From Squalus acanthias (taxonomy: Eukaryota), in assembly GCA_030390025.1 (NCBI GenBank), contig CM059431.1, forward strand, positions 97,962,001 to 98,026,000: DNA of 64,000 bases, in the 5' to 3' direction. The notes under the pieces were generated by a model. That model ran no database searches. It worked only from the letters and a program-made list of their open reading frames with translations, and was not told the DNA's origin. The translations under genes and the position numbers were made by a program. Position 1 is the first letter of the stretch; each line of letters opens with the position of its first letter. Shown here piece after piece: positions 61,821-64,000 of the stretch.

Positions 61821-62199
61821 CATTGAAGATCAGGAGTTGCTCGGTGCAGAAACTCTGTTCTGAGTCCAGATATGCTCATCGCCTGGACATTTCATAAACT
61901 TGCACGGGGTTTACTGAATGGTTTTTGGGTGCGGACACTCTTACCTGCACTTGTGGCATATTTAAGATGCTGGGAGCAGAGGTCTCCAGGTGTGTAGAAA
62001 CACGCACTCTCAGCTGGCTGGATAAACCAGCTACTACCTGCTGCCAATGATACTGGAGGCACCTTCTCAGTAGCTGTGGTGTAATTGCACCCACTGTCCT
62101 AATTAGCACTAATCACACGGGCCAAACATGATAGGAGCCAAGCAATTGAAAACAGTTTGTCCTCCTTAACTACCTCTTTCAGATAGGACATTATAAACG

Positions 62200-62600
62200 A
62201 AGGCTGTAGAGCTGGAGGAGGTTACAGAGATAGGGAGGGGTGAGGACATGGAGGGATTTGAAAACGAGGATGAGAATTTTGAAATCGAGCTGTTGCCGGA
62301 CCGGGAGATAGTGTAGGTCAGCGAGCACAGGGGTGATGGGCGAATGGACTCGGTGCGAGTTAGGACAGGGGGTGATGGGCGAACGGACTCGGTGTGAGTT
62401 AGGACACGGGGCAGCAGGGTTTTGGATGAGCTGGAGTTTACAGAGGGTGGAAGGTGGGAGGCCGGCCAGGAGTGCGTTGGAATAGTCGAGTCTGGAGGAA
62501 CAAAGGCATGGATGAGGGTTTCAGCAGCGGATGAGCTGAGGCAGGGGCGGAGACGGGCGATGGTACGGAGGTGGGAGTAGGCGGTCTGGGTAATGGAGAA
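62200..62600 (-). mobile_element. L2 fragment
   Basis: HLRTIARLRPCLS-AAETLIHAFV. Confidence 0.85.
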
Positions 62601-62942
62601 GATAAGCAGTGAAATGTATATGATCAGACCATAACACAAGGCACTAATCTGCAGTGTGTTGTGAGCAGGGCTACTGGTGCAATGTGACTGATCAAAACAA
62701 AATTCCACTTTTATTACATGGGATTCCAAGATATCTGCTGGTGTAATGAGGGCTAATTTTAAACAAGTCAGTTATCTCCATGTACTGTGTACATTTACAT
62801 CCTTCCTTGAACACAGATAAACTAAAGTAGCAGTTTCTAGTAGTCTGGGGAACAGCTGAATAAGTAACTCATTGGATGTGAGGCACTAGAGACATAGGAA
62901 GGATATGCTACTGTGTGATACAGATACAAGTTCATTGAAATC

Positions 62943-64000
62943 CTGACACTAGTGCAGTACTGAGGGAGTGCCGCACTGTCGGACGGGCAGTACTGAGGCA
63001 GCGTTGCACTGTCGGAGGGGCAGTACTGAGGGAGCGCCGCACTGTCGGACGGGCAGTACTGAGGGAGCGCTGCACTGTCGGAGGGGCAGTACTGAGGGAG
63101 CGCTGCACTGTCAGACGGGCAGTACTGAGGGAGTGCCGCACTGTCGGACGGGCAGTACTGAGGGAGCGCTGCACTGTCGGAGGGGCAGTACTGAGGGAGC
63201 GCGACACTGTCGGAGGAGCAGTACTGAGGGAGTGCTGCACTGTTGGAGGGGCAGTACTGAGGGAGCGCTGCACTGTCGGAGGGGCAGTACTGAGGGAGTG
63301 CGACACTGTCGGAGGGGCAGTACTGAGGGAGTGCTGCACTGTCGGAGGGTCAGTACTGAGGAAGTGCTGCACTGTCGGAGGGTCAGTACTGAGGGAGAGC
63401 TGCACTGTTGGAGGGGCAGTACTGAGGGAGCGCTGCACTGTCGGAGGGGCAGTACTGAGGGAGGGCTGCACTGTCGGAGGGGCAGTACTGAGGGAGCGCT
63501 GCACTGTCGGAGGGGCAGTACTGAGGGAGCGCTGCACTGTCGGAGGGGCAGTACTGAGGGAGCGCGACACTGTCGGAGGGGCAGTACTGAGGGAGCGCTG
63601 CACTGTCGGAGGGGCAGTACTGAGGGAGTGCCGCACTGTCGGAGGGGCAGTACTGAGGGAGCGCGACACTGTCGGAGGAGCAGTACTGAGGGAGTGCTGC
63701 ACTGTTGGAGGGGCAGTACTGAGGGAGCGCTGCACTGTCGGAGGGGCAGTACTGAGGGAGTGCGACACTGTCGGAGGGGCAGTACTGAGGGAGTGCTGCA
63801 CTGTCGGAGGGTCAGTACTGAGGGAGTGCTGCACTGTCGGAGGGTCAGTACTGAGGGAGAGCTGCACTGTCGGAGGGGCAGTACTGAGGGAGCGCTGCAC
63901 TGTCGGAGGGGCAGTACTGAGGGAGGGCTGCACTGTCGGAGGGGCAGTACTGAGGGAGCGCTGCACTGTCGGAGGGGCAGTACTGAGGGAGCGCTGCACT
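62943..64000 (+). repeat. 33-bp Deu-SINE-derived array, at least 31 units, runs off the window
   Basis: preceded by ctgacactagtg, the SINE sequence 5' of the unit. Confidence 0.95.

Noticed and set aside
61945..62098. Minus-strand AG-GTAAGA bounded segment as the upstream collagen exon
   Set aside because: No 7S cysteine motif or signal peptide seen, and the 154-bp length does not fit; the upstream exons probably lie beyond 64000.

Overview
Vertebrate genomic DNA, almost certainly a cartilaginous fish (shark-type CR1, L2, Deu-domain SINE and Penelope repeats). The window lies inside one minus-strand type IV collagen gene of the even-numbered (alpha2/alpha4/alpha6) class. I traced 24 GT-AG exons from 57735 down to 3198 (2020 nt, about 673 codons, all phases compatible, no stops), covering the end of the 7S domain and the first part of the interrupted triple helix; both gene ends lie outside the window. 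The chain mixes alpha6/alpha4-like and alpha2-like features, so no paralog symbol is given. Introns are packed with CR1 and L2 fragments, Deu SINEs carrying an expanded 33-bp minisatellite, a near-intact Tigger/pogo transposon, Penelope fragments with minimal hammerhead motifs, GC-rich MITE-like elements, a histone H2B-CR1 chimeric retrocopy and several tandem arrays. Repeat boundaries are approximate, and comparisons to human proteins are from memory, not from a search.
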